A DNA stretch of 64,000 bases from Microgenomates group bacterium (GCA_049720225.1 JBNASD010000001.1:100733-164732), one strand, 5' to 3'; positions 46,836-60,175 are shown, counted from the first letter of the stretch. The notes: generated from the letters alone by a model not told the origin. Translations and numbers: made by a program.

Positions 46836-47621
46836 TTATTTAATTAATATTTTAATTCCCCTTTCTAAACAGAAAATCCACGCTAACGGTCTCCGCCACC
46901 AATCAATCCAGCGATTAATAAAAATTAAATTGCTTTTAATCATCTGCCATCTCTGCCAAAGAGGTTTTCTTTTTCCTTCTTTTAAAAAATGGGTAACCAC
47001 AGATTTTGGTTCGACCGTAATCTTAAATCCTGCTTTTTTTGCTCGTAAACAAAAATCAACATCTTCGAAATATAAAAAATAGCGTTCATCAAAAAAACCA
47101 ATTTTTTCAAATACCGGCCGATGAATAAGCATACAACACCCACTTACATAATCAATTTCAAATTTTAAATTTAAAATTTTAGATTTTTCGATATGACTTG
47201 CTTTTCCTTTTTTCCAATCAACTTTCCCTCCATAATCATAAACCCACTTTCCTCCTCGGCGAAATTTAATTATCGAACCAACAATATCCGCATGATTATT
47301 TAAAAGCCAAAATAGAAAATCTTTATCTGGTTGGGTATCTTGATTTAAAAGAAGAATCGCCTCAGAATTATTTTCTAAAGCTTCTTTTATTCCTATATTA
47401 ACCCCCTTTGCAAACCCCACATTTTTATTATTTAAAATAGTTTTTATTTTTAAATTTTTAAATTTCAAATTAAAGTTTTTATTTTTTTTAATACTGTTGT
47501 CAACGATTATAATTTCCTTTTGCCAATTTTTTGGTAGTTTAATGAATTGGAGTGAGGAAAGACAACGAAAGACTTCCTCCTCGCCATTAAATTTTAAAAT
47601 AACAATTGAGAGTTTCTTCAC
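46836..47621 (-). CDS. Glycosyltransferase family 2 (rhamnosyltransferase-like)
   Basis: NVGFAKGVN, LLNQD, GFFDERYFLYFEDVDFCLR. Confidence 0.92.
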   Translation of the reverse strand: MKKLSIVILKFNGEEEVFRCLSSLQFIKLPKNWQKEIIIVDNSIKKNKNFNLKFKNLKIKTILNNKNVGFAKGVNIGIKEALENNSEAILLLNQDTQPDKDFLFWLLNNHADIVGSIIKFRRGGKWVYDYGGKVDWKKGKASHIEKSKILNLKFEIDYVSGCCMLIHRPVFEKIGFFDERYFLYFEDVDFCLRAKKAGFKITVEPKSVVTHFLKEGKRKPLWQRWQMIKSNLIFINRWIDWWRRPLAWIFCLERGIKILIK

Positions 47622-47662
47622 TTTAATTAATAAAATTAATTTAATTTAAATAATTAAACTAA

Positions 47663-48808
47663 TTAATTTCTTTTTCCTAAAACTTTTTTGTAGACTTCTT
47701 CTAATTTTTTTGCCCCAATCTTTGCATCAAAATATTTTACCGCTCTTTCTCTCGCTTTTTTGCCATATTCTTCTCTCATTTTTGGATTTAAAATAAATTT
47801 TTTAATTGCTTCAGCAAGTGATAAAAAGTCCGCTGGTTGAACTTTTAACGCCGCCTCGCCGACATTTTCTTCAATTGCTCCTGATAAAGTGGTTACAATA
47901 GGTAATCCTGAAGCCTGCGCTTCAAGTAAAACAGTGGAAAATTGTTCTTGCCAATGGCGAGTCGCTCTGGAGGGTGCCACAAAAATATCTGCTTTTTGAT
48001 ATTCTTCAGGCATTTTTTCATAAGAAACAGTTTTATGGATTATTTTATCTGTAATTCCCATTCTTTTTTCTAATTCTAAAAGTCTTTTCTTCTCACTTCC
48101 CTCTCCTACCATTGTAAAAATCAAATTGTAGTCTTTAAGTTCTTCATCAGTAAGCAATTTTTTGGCCGCAAAAATCACCTCATAAACTCCTTTGTATAAC
48201 TCCAATCTGCCAACAAAAAGTATATTTATTTTCTTTTGAAAATTGAAAATTGAAAATTGAAAATTTCTGCTCGGCTTAAATGCCGAGCAGTCAATATGTT
48301 GATTAATTATTGTAATTTTTTTCGGATTCGCTCCTTCTAAAATTAGTGCCTCTCGTGAACGGTTAGAAATCGCAATAATATGATCCAATTCCTCAATGGC
48401 TCTTTTTTTAAATCTTTTTCTTCCCCAAATTCCTTCATTGCCAAAGGGAATATTTTCAAAAACAGTTGCCACCACTTTTTTCACCCATCCTTTCTTTTTA
48501 GCATTTAAACATTGTTGAGTAAAATGCATATAGGTCTCTGCACAATGAGCAATATCAAAACCTTTTAAATGTCTTTCCAAACCAAATAAATATTGAGCAT
48601 CAATAAAAATGCGGTTTAAAATTGGCATTTTGTAAGGAAAATTAGGCAAATCCATTGGAGAGGGAAGCTTAACTACCGGAAAGGCAAATTGACTATGAAA
48701 AGGTTTTAAACTGCCAAAACCAACTAAGTGATATTTCTTAACCAGCGGTTCATAAAACTGCATTTCATATTTATTTAAGTGTTTCCCCCGAACAATAGCA
48801 ATCTTCAT
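47663..48808 (-). CDS. Glycosyltransferase family 4
   Basis: LFVGRL..KG; EQFSTVLLEAQASGLP. Confidence 0.92.
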   Translation of the reverse strand: MKIAIVRGKHLNKYEMQFYEPLVKKYHLVGFGSLKPFHSQFAFPVVKLPSPMDLPNFPYKMPILNRIFIDAQYLFGLERHLKGFDIAHCAETYMHFTQQCLNAKKKGWVKKVVATVFENIPFGNEGIWGRKRFKKRAIEELDHIIAISNRSREALILEGANPKKITIINQHIDCSAFKPSRNFQFSIFNFQKKINILFVGRLELYKGVYEVIFAAKKLLTDEELKDYNLIFTMVGEGSEKKRLLELEKRMGITDKIIHKTVSYEKMPEEYQKADIFVAPSRATRHWQEQFSTVLLEAQASGLPIVTTLSGAIEENVGEAALKVQPADFLSLAEAIKKFILNPKMREEYGKKARERAVKYFDAKIGAKKLEEVYKKVLGKRN

Positions 48809-48830
48809 TAAAATTTATTTTAGCAAATCT

Positions 48831-49097
48831 TTACCTATTTTTGGCTCTTATTCCTCCTCGATACAAACAGGAATGAGTATCGGCAATTGCTTCTCCAGGC
48901 GGTTTTCCTTTAGAAAAACAGGTTCGACATTTTTGAGCTAATGCTTCGATTACCTTCCCTTCATCATCATGGTGTTGTCCTCTTTGTTTAAGACTACTCA
49001 ATTGAGCTTGATTATCTGGAGTATATCCCATCCGACAATTAAGACAATTTAAATCAAGTTGTTGGGCAAAATCATAATCTGGTTTTATTTCTACCAT
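48831..49097 (-). CDS. Small hypothetical protein with two CxxC motifs
   Basis: Fills the gap between res and GT4 on the same strand; CLNC and CRTC. Confidence 0.6.
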   Translation of the reverse strand: MVEIKPDYDFAQQLDLNCLNCRMGYTPDNQAQLSSLKQRGQHHDDEGKVIEALAQKCRTCFSKGKPPGEAIADTHSCLYRGGIRAKNR

Positions 49098-49113
49098 TTT
49101 TTTAATATCTTCT

Positions 49114-52068
49114 TTAAATTACTTCTAAAATTTGGGATATATTATCAAGCCAATATTCTTTGTATTGGTCTATCGCATAAGCTTTATCGTCCGGTTTACA
49201 AAACAAAAGGACTTTAATATTGAAACCATTATGGGAAAATAATTTGTTTTTAAATATTTGGGCAAACCCATCTATTTTTCGATATGCTTCTGTATGTTCG
49301 GTACCTTTAGGGTCAACAAACACAATATAATAATTTTTATTGCTTTTTTCCTTTAACCAAAATATAAAGTCTGGTTTAAAATGCTCTATTTTTTCGGTTT
49401 TTGGATTATACCAAGGAATATAAATTTCGTCGGTAGTTTCGTCTATTTTAGAAAACATCCACCACTCAAATTTTTTATCAAATAAGTTGCCATCTTGGGC
49501 TAAATACTCATCTAACTCTTTAATAAATTTAATTTCACTTTCCTCAATAATAATATGATTTAAATAATCAATTTTTTGTCTTGGTTCGGACAAAATAACA
49601 GGATAATAGTAGTGATTAGGAACATATTTTATTTTTATTCCATTAAGAGGTTGGGAAAATAAATCTATATCTTGTCTTCCTTTTTTAAATAGTTCCAGTT
49701 GTAATTTTTTAGTTTCGTTTTCCTCCTCTTTAATTTTTTTGACCTGTTCAATCTTTTTTAAAAATTCCTCTAATTTTTCAGTTTTGGCAAATTTAATTTT
49801 CTCAAAGTGAACTATAAATTTTCCTTTTTCTACTTTTTCAAAATCTTTAAATTCTTCAGGAATTAAAGAAAAGTGGCTAATAATTCGAGAAAAAATAAGC
49901 TGTGGTTTTTTAATTGATTTTTCTTTTTCAAATTTATAGTAATTTAATGGTTTTTTAAAACTTTTTTTAATTGTATTTAATATTTTAGGTTCTGTTTCAT
50001 AGTTTATTAAAAAAATCCTCTCGTCTCCTAAATACTCAAAATATTTCTTAATTAAATTAAAATCTTCTTCACTTAAGATATAACTTTTAGGTTCTTTTAT
50101 TTCTGCTAAAGTATAATCCGCCGGTTTATAAACCGGCACAAAAAGGGGTAGTTTTTCTGCTTTTTGATTAATAATAAAATATCCTTTAAGGAGATAACCT
50201 TCCTCTTTTCTTGCCTCTTCAAAAGTTTTAATCGTTTCTTCTAAAGCATACGGATTAGTACCAAAAATAAATAGAGTTTCTAACTGAAAGCCAAAATCTT
50301 TAATTTTTTCAAAAACATTTCTTTTAATTTTATTTGCCTGATAAAGATTTTCTAATCTTTTTCTTTCGTTTTTTAAAGGCTCTATTCTTACTCCTCTTCC
50401 TGCTGATTGTAAAACAAATTTTTTTGCTTGTGGCCCTGTCCCAATATTAATGTACAAAATAATATTTGGCCTATTAGAATCCCAACCTTCATAAAAAGTT
50501 CTTGAACCCATCAGGATATTATGATCTGATTCGGGTTGATTAATTTTTTTAAAAGCGCTTTCATTGTCAAAACTTTCAATAATCTCATATCCTTCAAAAT
50601 AATCTTTAAGCCAACCTGAAATATCACCAATTTTAATTAAAGCAAACGGCCTTTCAGAAGTTTTTAACCTAAAAACCATTTCCTGGCGATTTCCGGGGAT
50701 AGTTAAAACTTCAATCGTTCCAAAGCTTTTTGAATTATAAATATCTTCTAAAATGTCTTGATAATTAATCTTTTCTATGAGGTTTTTATCAATCTTAATT
50801 TCTTCTCCTTGAGGAAAAATAACTTTGGAATCTAAAGAAAAAGTATTAATTAATTCTTCTTTTGCGGATTTAAAGACATTTTCTTTTATTTTTCCCTGGC
50901 CAATTTTTTCAATTTGCCTAAAAAACAATTTCAAATCCGCATCTTCAATATTTACCGAATTTACCAAAGTTAAAAGCAAAGGATAATGGTAAAATTTTTT
51001 ATCTATTTTTTTAATTTTATTAGCAAATTTCTTTAAATAACTCAAAAGAATCAATGACTTTAAAACAATTTTTTGTTTTTCGTTTTCGGTAAAATCTGTT
51101 TTATCTTTAAAAGCTTTTATTTCTTCTTGTGAAAGATAAATTCTTTTTCCGTAGCCGTTTTCAATAAAAACTGGCAAATTATAGTTAAAAACTGTTGTTA
51201 AAAAATCCCTTGGGTCAACAAAGGTCGCAGAAAAGTTAAATAAAAAGCCGTTACGAGACATTATTGAATAAATTATCTGTCTCACTGAATCATCCTTTTC
51301 TCCTTTGTGTGCTTCATCAAGAAGAATATACCATCTACCATTATTATCGTAATTTCTAAAATCTAATCTTTTTTCTTTTTGTTCAGTCCAAAGATTATCG
51401 GAGCGGTAATAAAAAATGGTTATTTCTCTATCTTTAAATAAAGAATAACTTCCTCTTTTTACTTCGTCCCATTCTTTTAAGCTTTTAAGATTAATATAAA
51501 AATCACTTCGAGAAGCATTTATTTCTTTGATATATTCTTTAAACTGGTCAATTAAGCCATCTCGATAAGTCAAAAACAAAATATCGCTTTCGGGAATTTC
51601 TTTATTTTTTATTAAAGAATTTAAAATCTCAATGAGTTTCACAATCACTAAAGTTTTTCCAGAACCGGTTGCCATCCAAAAATTCATTCTGTTAACAAAA
51701 TTTTCAAAACTAACTTTATTATCAATTAGCGGATAATATTCTTCTAAAAGTTTTGCTGTTTTTTTACCCTCTTTTTTAGTTAAATCATAATCAGCGCCTT
51801 TTTCTGGATAATTAGAATCAGCTTTATAAAAATTAAAAAGATGCCTTTTTCTTTCTAAATTTACTTCTAATTTTTCTTTTTCCTGATAATCAAACAATTC
51901 CTGATAATATCGCCACAAAATTTTTAAAGCATTTTTTAAAGCCTCTTGTTGAAAATCATAAAGAGATTTTTCCTTTGAAAAACCTTTCAAATCAAAACTC
52001 TGCCAAGCAGTTGGTAAATCTTCAAATCTAATTTCTTTTGCTATATTTTGAAGAATTAGTTTGGACAT
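49114..52068 (-). CDS. res: Type III restriction endonuclease subunit Res
   Basis: Walker A MATGSGKT, DEAH, SAT, EGWD, QSAGRGVR; C-terminal PDF...VDPKG nuclease. Confidence 0.92.
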   Translation of the reverse strand: MSKLILQNIAKEIRFEDLPTAWQSFDLKGFSKEKSLYDFQQEALKNALKILWRYYQELFDYQEKEKLEVNLERKRHLFNFYKADSNYPEKGADYDLTKKEGKKTAKLLEEYYPLIDNKVSFENFVNRMNFWMATGSGKTLVIVKLIEILNSLIKNKEIPESDILFLTYRDGLIDQFKEYIKEINASRSDFYINLKSLKEWDEVKRGSYSLFKDREITIFYYRSDNLWTEQKEKRLDFRNYDNNGRWYILLDEAHKGEKDDSVRQIIYSIMSRNGFLFNFSATFVDPRDFLTTVFNYNLPVFIENGYGKRIYLSQEEIKAFKDKTDFTENEKQKIVLKSLILLSYLKKFANKIKKIDKKFYHYPLLLTLVNSVNIEDADLKLFFRQIEKIGQGKIKENVFKSAKEELINTFSLDSKVIFPQGEEIKIDKNLIEKINYQDILEDIYNSKSFGTIEVLTIPGNRQEMVFRLKTSERPFALIKIGDISGWLKDYFEGYEIIESFDNESAFKKINQPESDHNILMGSRTFYEGWDSNRPNIILYINIGTGPQAKKFVLQSAGRGVRIEPLKNERKRLENLYQANKIKRNVFEKIKDFGFQLETLFIFGTNPYALEETIKTFEEARKEEGYLLKGYFIINQKAEKLPLFVPVYKPADYTLAEIKEPKSYILSEEDFNLIKKYFEYLGDERIFLINYETEPKILNTIKKSFKKPLNYYKFEKEKSIKKPQLIFSRIISHFSLIPEEFKDFEKVEKGKFIVHFEKIKFAKTEKLEEFLKKIEQVKKIKEEENETKKLQLELFKKGRQDIDLFSQPLNGIKIKYVPNHYYYPVILSEPRQKIDYLNHIIIEESEIKFIKELDEYLAQDGNLFDKKFEWWMFSKIDETTDEIYIPWYNPKTEKIEHFKPDFIFWLKEKSNKNYYIVFVDPKGTEHTEAYRKIDGFAQIFKNKLFSHNGFNIKVLLFCKPDDKAYAIDQYKEYWLDNISQILEVI

Positions 52069-52099
52069 AACAAGTTATAATCCGCTTTTTGTTATTTAC

Positions 52100-53786
52100 T
52101 TAACTCAAATGAAAATAACTTCTTATTTTATTAATACAGTCTATAATTTGCTGAGGTATTTCTTTTTCTAGTAAAGTATTTATCTTTTCTAAAATTTCAT
52201 TTAATCTTTCAGATCCGATCAATTTTTCAAAAGATGTTTCAAACATAAATCTTTGATTTTCACTGCTAAATTCTTTTATCATCTCATCTTTACCTTCATC
52301 TTCTTCATCTTTATCATAGTCATATACTACAAAAAAATCTATTCCATAAATAAGACATATCATCTGATAATAAGGAATGTTCGATTTCCCTCTTGCATAA
52401 ATAATTGTTACTCCATCAAGAGATAAATTTAGTTTTTTTGCTATTTCAATTAAACCGTATTTGTCGTTTGGTCCTTCTAATATAATACATTTATCATCAA
52501 AAAGTATTTGATTATTGTCTCTATAAAAAATTGTTTTATCTTGCTGGTATCTTTTAATTTCATCTAAATGCGCTTCTAAACTTTGTTTTTCTTTGCTAGT
52601 AGATGATTTTTTAAACTGTTTGGATAAATCTTCTGGTCTGGGATAAATATTCTCATCAGTTAATCTTTTAATAGATTTCCAATTACTTAAATCAATAAAA
52701 ATATCTGAATGAGTACTTAAGATATGCTGATATTGAGAAGATTTAATTTCATTAAATAATTTATATTGTAATTGAGGATGCAAATGTAATTCTGGATCGT
52801 CAATTAAAAAAATAATTTCTTCTTTTGATAACTCACTTGTCAATTTAAGCAAAAAGTAGGCAATCACCATCAATTCACCTGAGGCCATTCTTGATAAAGT
52901 AATAATTTTATCGCCTTCTCTTAAAGAAAAGAAGGCGTCATCAAAAGGTTGTCGTAGATTAAAAAGAGATATTTCAAAATTGGTAAATTTTTCTCCAATG
53001 AAATCTTTAATTTTCTCTTTTAATGGATTTATTATCTTTGATTGTTTCGGGTCTTCAACTTTGTTAATAATAAAAGAGTAAATATCTTCCCATTTATTAA
53101 CATACTCGTTTCTTTTATTTATTTTGTAATCTTTAAAAAATCTCCAATTAAGTTCGTCTAAAATCTTTTGGAATGTCGTAAAATAGCCAGGCCTTAAGTC
53201 CTTATCTCTTTCTTTTGAAAAATAAAAAATCCTAGGAAAATTTTCTAAACTATCTTGTCCATAAACTTCAAGCAATCTTTCTTGAATTTCTTTAAACTTT
53301 TCATCCTTTTTAACCCAATACTCATAATTTCGTGTTTCAGTATTTAGTTGAACTTTAAGTGGTACATAATTCGTAGAAATTAAAGGTGGTTTTAATTCAT
53401 CATACTTTTGGTAGCATTCAGGAATAACAATATGTTTTGTAGTAAAAATTGTGGAAAATGCCTTACCTGGTGCAGATTTCTCGCGGTATTTAGCAACAAA
53501 CTTAATTTTTTTTTGATGGCAATTTTACCCAATCTGCAATTTTTAGAAAGAAGTAATCATCAAATTCAACTTCAATTTCTATCGGTTCTGTGTCAGAATT
53601 AAAGTCATCAGGTTTTATTTTGCTCTCTACAAAAGAAAAATTGGTCGCTAAATTTATCGCTTCTAAAATACTAGTTTTGCCAGTTCCATTTTTACCAACT
53701 AGTGTAGTAAAATTTTCTTCAAACTCAATGATTGTTTCGTTTTTAAACTTTCTAAAATTTTTAATTGTTAATTTTTTAATTCTCAT
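52100..53786 (-). pseudogene. OLD-family ABC-ATPase/TOPRIM nuclease, interrupted by a 1-nt frameshift in an A9 tract
   Basis: GKNGTGKT (Walker A), MASGE, IDDPELHLHP, STHS, TOPRIM ILEGPND and DYD. Removing one base from 53506-53514 gives one ORF of about 561 aa. Confidence 0.85.
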
Positions 53787-56300
<2,514 letters not shown>

Positions 56301-56331
56301 TTATTATTTTTTTTAGAAAGGGGGTGAGAAA

Positions 56332-56616
56332 ATGGGAAATTATTTACCAATTATTTTCGGAGGTTTGTTTGGGGGAATTTTACGAGGAATTTTGGGAATT
56401 GCCAAAAATTTAATCACTAAAAAAGATGAAGAGATTAACTATGGCTATTTATTTCTTTCATTAATAATTTCGGCAACCATTGGAATAATCGCCGCCTCTT
56501 TATGGCCAGAAGGAGATTTTCGTATTGCCCTATTAGCCGGTTATGCCGGTTCTGATTTTTTGGAAGGTTTATTTAAGTTAAAATTTTCTGATCAGTTTTT
56601 GAAAAAGGACGAATAA
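56332..56616 (+). CDS. Small Gly-rich membrane protein
   Basis: SD GGGGGTGA; GGLFGG..RG and LAGYAG motifs; about 3 TMs. Confidence 0.75.
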   Translation: MGNYLPIIFGGLFGGILRGILGIAKNLITKKDEEINYGYLFLSLIISATIGIIAASLWPEGDFRIALLAGYAGSDFLEGLFKLKFSDQFLKKDE

Positions 56617-56998
56617 CCAATTTGGTAGTTTTAACCTGTTTAGCAAAAGGCTTAAGTTTTTCCATTAACTCCGCCGAGAGTTTTTTCTGGTCATACAAAT
56701 TTCCTAAAGCGACAATATCAAAAACCATTACTTTCTCTAATTCTTTCGATTCTTTTACAATTTTTTCCAATTCTTTTCTTCCTGGCTCATTAATTTGCGG
56801 AAAACGAGTTTCCGATTGAGAAATAATTAACACCTGAAAATCGTCAGTGCTGATTTTTTTAATTTTTTCTTTTTTTGCCTTAGCAATTATTGCTTCTTTT
56901 AAACCATCAAGTCTTTTCTCGATTTTTTCTTTTTTCTTCAACCATAAAATATATTCATCAACTAAATTTTTCAAGTCGGCAGGAATATTTTTTCTCAT
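56573..56998 (-). CDS. Hypothetical protein
   Basis: 141-aa ORF with host-like composition. Confidence 0.7.
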   Translation of the reverse strand: MRKNIPADLKNLVDEYILWLKKKEKIEKRLDGLKEAIIAKAKKEKIKKISTDDFQVLIISQSETRFPQINEPGRKELEKIVKESKELEKVMVFDIVALGNLYDQKKLSAELMEKLKPFAKQVKTTKLVIRPFSKTDQKILT

Positions 56999-57037
56999 CT
57001 TTATTTGATTTTAACACACTGTTGTATAATTTTTTTA

Positions 57038-57707
57038 ATGAAAAAACCAACTTTGGTGATTGGTGGAGGATTAGTTTTCCTCATATCTTTATTGTTAAAC
57101 CTCTTTTTATGGCAAAAGACAAAAATAACTAAGAAATCCTACTTAGTTTCCCAGGTTATTGACGGCGATACTTTCATTTTAGAAGATAAACAAACTATCA
57201 GATTGATCAATGTGGAAGCGCCGGAATTAGAATTTTGCGGCGGTAGCCAAGCAAAAGAAAAACTGGCAAAACTTATAGAGGGAAAAAGAGTTAATTTAGA
57301 AATTATCAGTAAAGATACTTTTAAACGCCCTTTAGCCTTAGTTTATCAGGGAGATATTTTAGTCAATGAAGTTCTTTTAAAAGAAGGTTTTGTTCGTTAC
57401 GACGGAACTCCCAGTCCCAAAAGAGATGAACTTAAAAAAGCTTACGATTATGCTTTTGAAAATCGATTAGGAATTCATTCTCCTTTATGTCGAGCCGAAA
57501 ATCCCGATAATCCTAAATGTTTAATTAAAGGCAATATTGATAAGCATTCCAATACTAAACTTTATTATTTTCCTGGATGCGCCAATTATCAAATCACCGT
57601 GGTGGAAAAAGATTTAGGAGAAAGTTGGTTTTGTTCTGGAGGCAGAAGCACAAAAAGCCGGTTTTCAAAAGTCACAAAACTGCTATGGTAAAATTTATTC
57701 CCCTTAA
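57038..57707 (+). CDS. Membrane-anchored thermonuclease (SNase) with C-terminal Cys-containing domain; apparent frameshift near the 3' end
   Basis: VIDGDT, IRLINVEAPE; C.IKGNI...YY.PGC..Y...WFC. Dropping one G at 57638-57639 restores ..SEAEAQKAGFQKS.NC with stop at 57707. Confidence 0.8.
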
Positions 57708-57715
57708 AAAATTTA

Positions 57716-58825
57716 TTATTTCCAAAAATAAATAAACTCATAAATTACTCCAAAAATAAAAACTAAAGAAAGAAGATAAACTAAATTTTTCTTTGCGGGA
57801 TTAATTTTTTTATACATTAATAAAATTAAAACCCCATCAATTCCCAAAAAAACCGCCCCTAAAAAGGAAATTAAAGAAATAAAGTTTTTAATTCCTATAA
57901 AATAAAAAAAATAGGGAACAAAACAGGTAATTAACCAAGAGACAAAAGAAGGAATTTTTAAATCATAACTAAAAACTCTTTTTAATGTTAATCCCAAGGA
58001 AATAAAAGAAGTAAAGGTAGTCACTAATCCAAAAATTAAAGTTAAAGTGACCACCCCATCTCCTAAATAATTTTTAAGTCCTGGTAAAGCGGAAGGAGTA
58101 GTTTCTTTTCCGGTAATTCCCAAAATAGTAATCACAAAAAAAAGATAAATAATTAAAGGAATCAATAAAGAAATAAAAATCACTTTATTTAAAAGTTTTT
58201 TCTCCTCTTTTAACATTTCTTCAATTTCTGGAACCAATGCCGCTCCCCATAAAGAAAAAAGAATTAATCCGTAAGGAAGAAAAATTTGGGAAAAATCAGG
58301 CGAAGGGAAAAGATTTACTAATTTAAAATAAGGCAACCCTTTAATAAAAATTGCTAATAAAATTAATAAAAACAAAATTAATCCCACTAATTCAATTTGA
58401 GCAATTAACCGAACCCCAATTAAAATCACCAACGCTCCTAATAAAAAATATAACGTGCCATATTTTAATTCCCCTCCTCCAAAAATGGGCTGACAAATTT
58501 CCGTTAAAAATTCTCCTCCAATGATTAAATAAGCCAAAATTGCTCCCAATAAACCACCGATAGTCGTAATATAAGCTAATCTTTGCCATTTTTTTCCCAA
58601 ATGAAAGGCCACAAAACCAGGAAATCGTTTATAATCAGGCGTTTTTTTGGCAATTTCCCCATAAAAAAGATGAATAGTAATAGCCAATGCTCCTAAAACC
58701 AAAAACCAACCAATTAAAATTGGTAAACCTACTTTTGCCCCCGCATAAGGTAAAGAAAAAAGACCAACACCAATAATTGTTCCTGCTAAAGTGGTAATGG
58801 GATAAATTAAACTCTTTTTCATCAT
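57716..58825 (-). CDS. Aromatic amino acid permease family protein
   Basis: AGTIIGVGLFSLPY motif; about 11 TMs; TSF..LG. Confidence 0.85.
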   Translation of the reverse strand: MMKKSLIYPITTLAGTIIGVGLFSLPYAGAKVGLPILIGWFLVLGALAITIHLFYGEIAKKTPDYKRFPGFVAFHLGKKWQRLAYITTIGGLLGAILAYLIIGGEFLTEICQPIFGGGELKYGTLYFLLGALVILIGVRLIAQIELVGLILFLLILLAIFIKGLPYFKLVNLFPSPDFSQIFLPYGLILFSLWGAALVPEIEEMLKEEKKLLNKVIFISLLIPLIIYLFFVITILGITGKETTPSALPGLKNYLGDGVVTLTLIFGLVTTFTSFISLGLTLKRVFSYDLKIPSFVSWLITCFVPYFFYFIGIKNFISLISFLGAVFLGIDGVLILLMYKKINPAKKNLVYLLSLVFIFGVIYEFIYFWK

Positions 58826-58828
58826 TTT

Positions 58829-59971
58829 TTATTTTAACACAATTATTTCTGCCTCTTTACAAGCCTTTTTAATAAATTCTTTTTGGGGAACTTTTTCTTC
58901 TTCGCTTTTAATTTTTTCCCAATTAGCTTTAGTGGCCGGATGACGAGGAATAAATAAACTACAACAATCTTCTTGTGGTTCGATAGAAATATTATAAGTT
59001 TTTATTTTTTTAGCTAAATTAACAATTTCCTCTTTATCCCAACCAATTAACGGCCGAAAAACAGGAATTTTTATCCCTTGGCTAATTACCGCTAAATTAT
59101 CGAGGGTTTGCGAGGCAACTTGACCTAAACTTTCACCAGTTACCAAAGCTTTTATTCCTTCATTTTTAGCGACTTCTTGAGCAATTTTAAACATCAATCG
59201 GCGATAGAAAATCACCAAATATTTATTTTCAATATGAGTTTTTAACCAGCTTTGTATTTCCCCAAAAGGAATAAAATAAATTTTGGTTTTTCCTTGATAC
59301 TTATTTAGAACTCTTGCCAGCTGTAAGGTTTTTTCATAACTTTTTTTAGAAACTAAGGGGAAACTATGAAAATGAAGAAAAACCACCCGACAACCTCTTT
59401 TCATCATTAGCCAAGAGGCGACCGGTGAATCAATTCCTCCAGAAATTAAAGACAAAACCCTTCCGCTACTTCCTACCGGCAAACCACCGTTTCCTTTAAA
59501 TACTTGGTCAAAAATATAAGTTTTTCCTTCTCGTAATTCCAAAAAAATTTCTTTATCCGGTGAAGTTAAATTTACTTTTCTTTTAATTCCCTCTCCCACT
59601 ATTTCGGCAATTTTAAAAGAGGAGTATTTTTCTGGTTTAGCTACCCTTACTCTTAAAGCAAAACTTTCTTCTTTTTTAATTTTCTCCCCAAACTCCTTAC
59701 TTACAAATTTTTTGATCTCTTCTGGATTAGTGGTTGGCAAAACTACTGCCGGTGACCAAGAATAAATTCCAAATACATATTTTAATTTTTTTCCTAAATT
59801 TTCCGGTTTTTCCGTAAAAATAAAAATTCTCCCCCGGCTTTTTTCTAACCGATAATCTTTTCCTTTTAAAATACGTTTAATGTTTTTCACCAACAAACCT
59901 TCCAATCTTTTTAAAACCGGGGGGGATTTTAGAAAGATTTCACTGTAACGGATAATAATTAATTTATTCAT
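58829..59971 (-). CDS. thiI: tRNA 4-thiouridine synthase ThiI (no rhodanese domain)
   Basis: IRYSEIFLK, SGGIDSPVA, TGESLGQVASQT, EDCC. Confidence 0.95.
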   Translation of the reverse strand: MNKLIIIRYSEIFLKSPPVLKRLEGLLVKNIKRILKGKDYRLEKSRGRIFIFTEKPENLGKKLKYVFGIYSWSPAVVLPTTNPEEIKKFVSKEFGEKIKKEESFALRVRVAKPEKYSSFKIAEIVGEGIKRKVNLTSPDKEIFLELREGKTYIFDQVFKGNGGLPVGSSGRVLSLISGGIDSPVASWLMMKRGCRVVFLHFHSFPLVSKKSYEKTLQLARVLNKYQGKTKIYFIPFGEIQSWLKTHIENKYLVIFYRRLMFKIAQEVAKNEGIKALVTGESLGQVASQTLDNLAVISQGIKIPVFRPLIGWDKEEIVNLAKKIKTYNISIEPQEDCCSLFIPRHPATKANWEKIKSEEEKVPQKEFIKKACKEAEIIVLK

Positions 59972-60174
59972 CTTTTTTTTACTACGTCAGGAAAACATCC
60001 GAGAAGTTGAATTTTTTGCTCTCCAGATTGAACTAAACTTAATATACCTTCATTAGTCTCAAATTCTTCAACTCTTACGACTGCTGGTCCAACAACTTTT
60101 CCTCCTTCTCCTTCTACATACTCACCTTCTGACAACGCCCACATATTTGTTCCTGGAATTTGTTCTGGTGACAT
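59968..60174 (-). CDS. Small hypothetical protein
   Basis: Exactly fills the gap between co-oriented genes. Confidence 0.55.
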   Translation of the reverse strand: MSPEQIPGTNMWALSEGEYVEGEGGKVVGPAVVRVEEFETNEGILSLVQSGEQKIQLLGCFPDVVKKR

Positions 60175-60175
60175 T

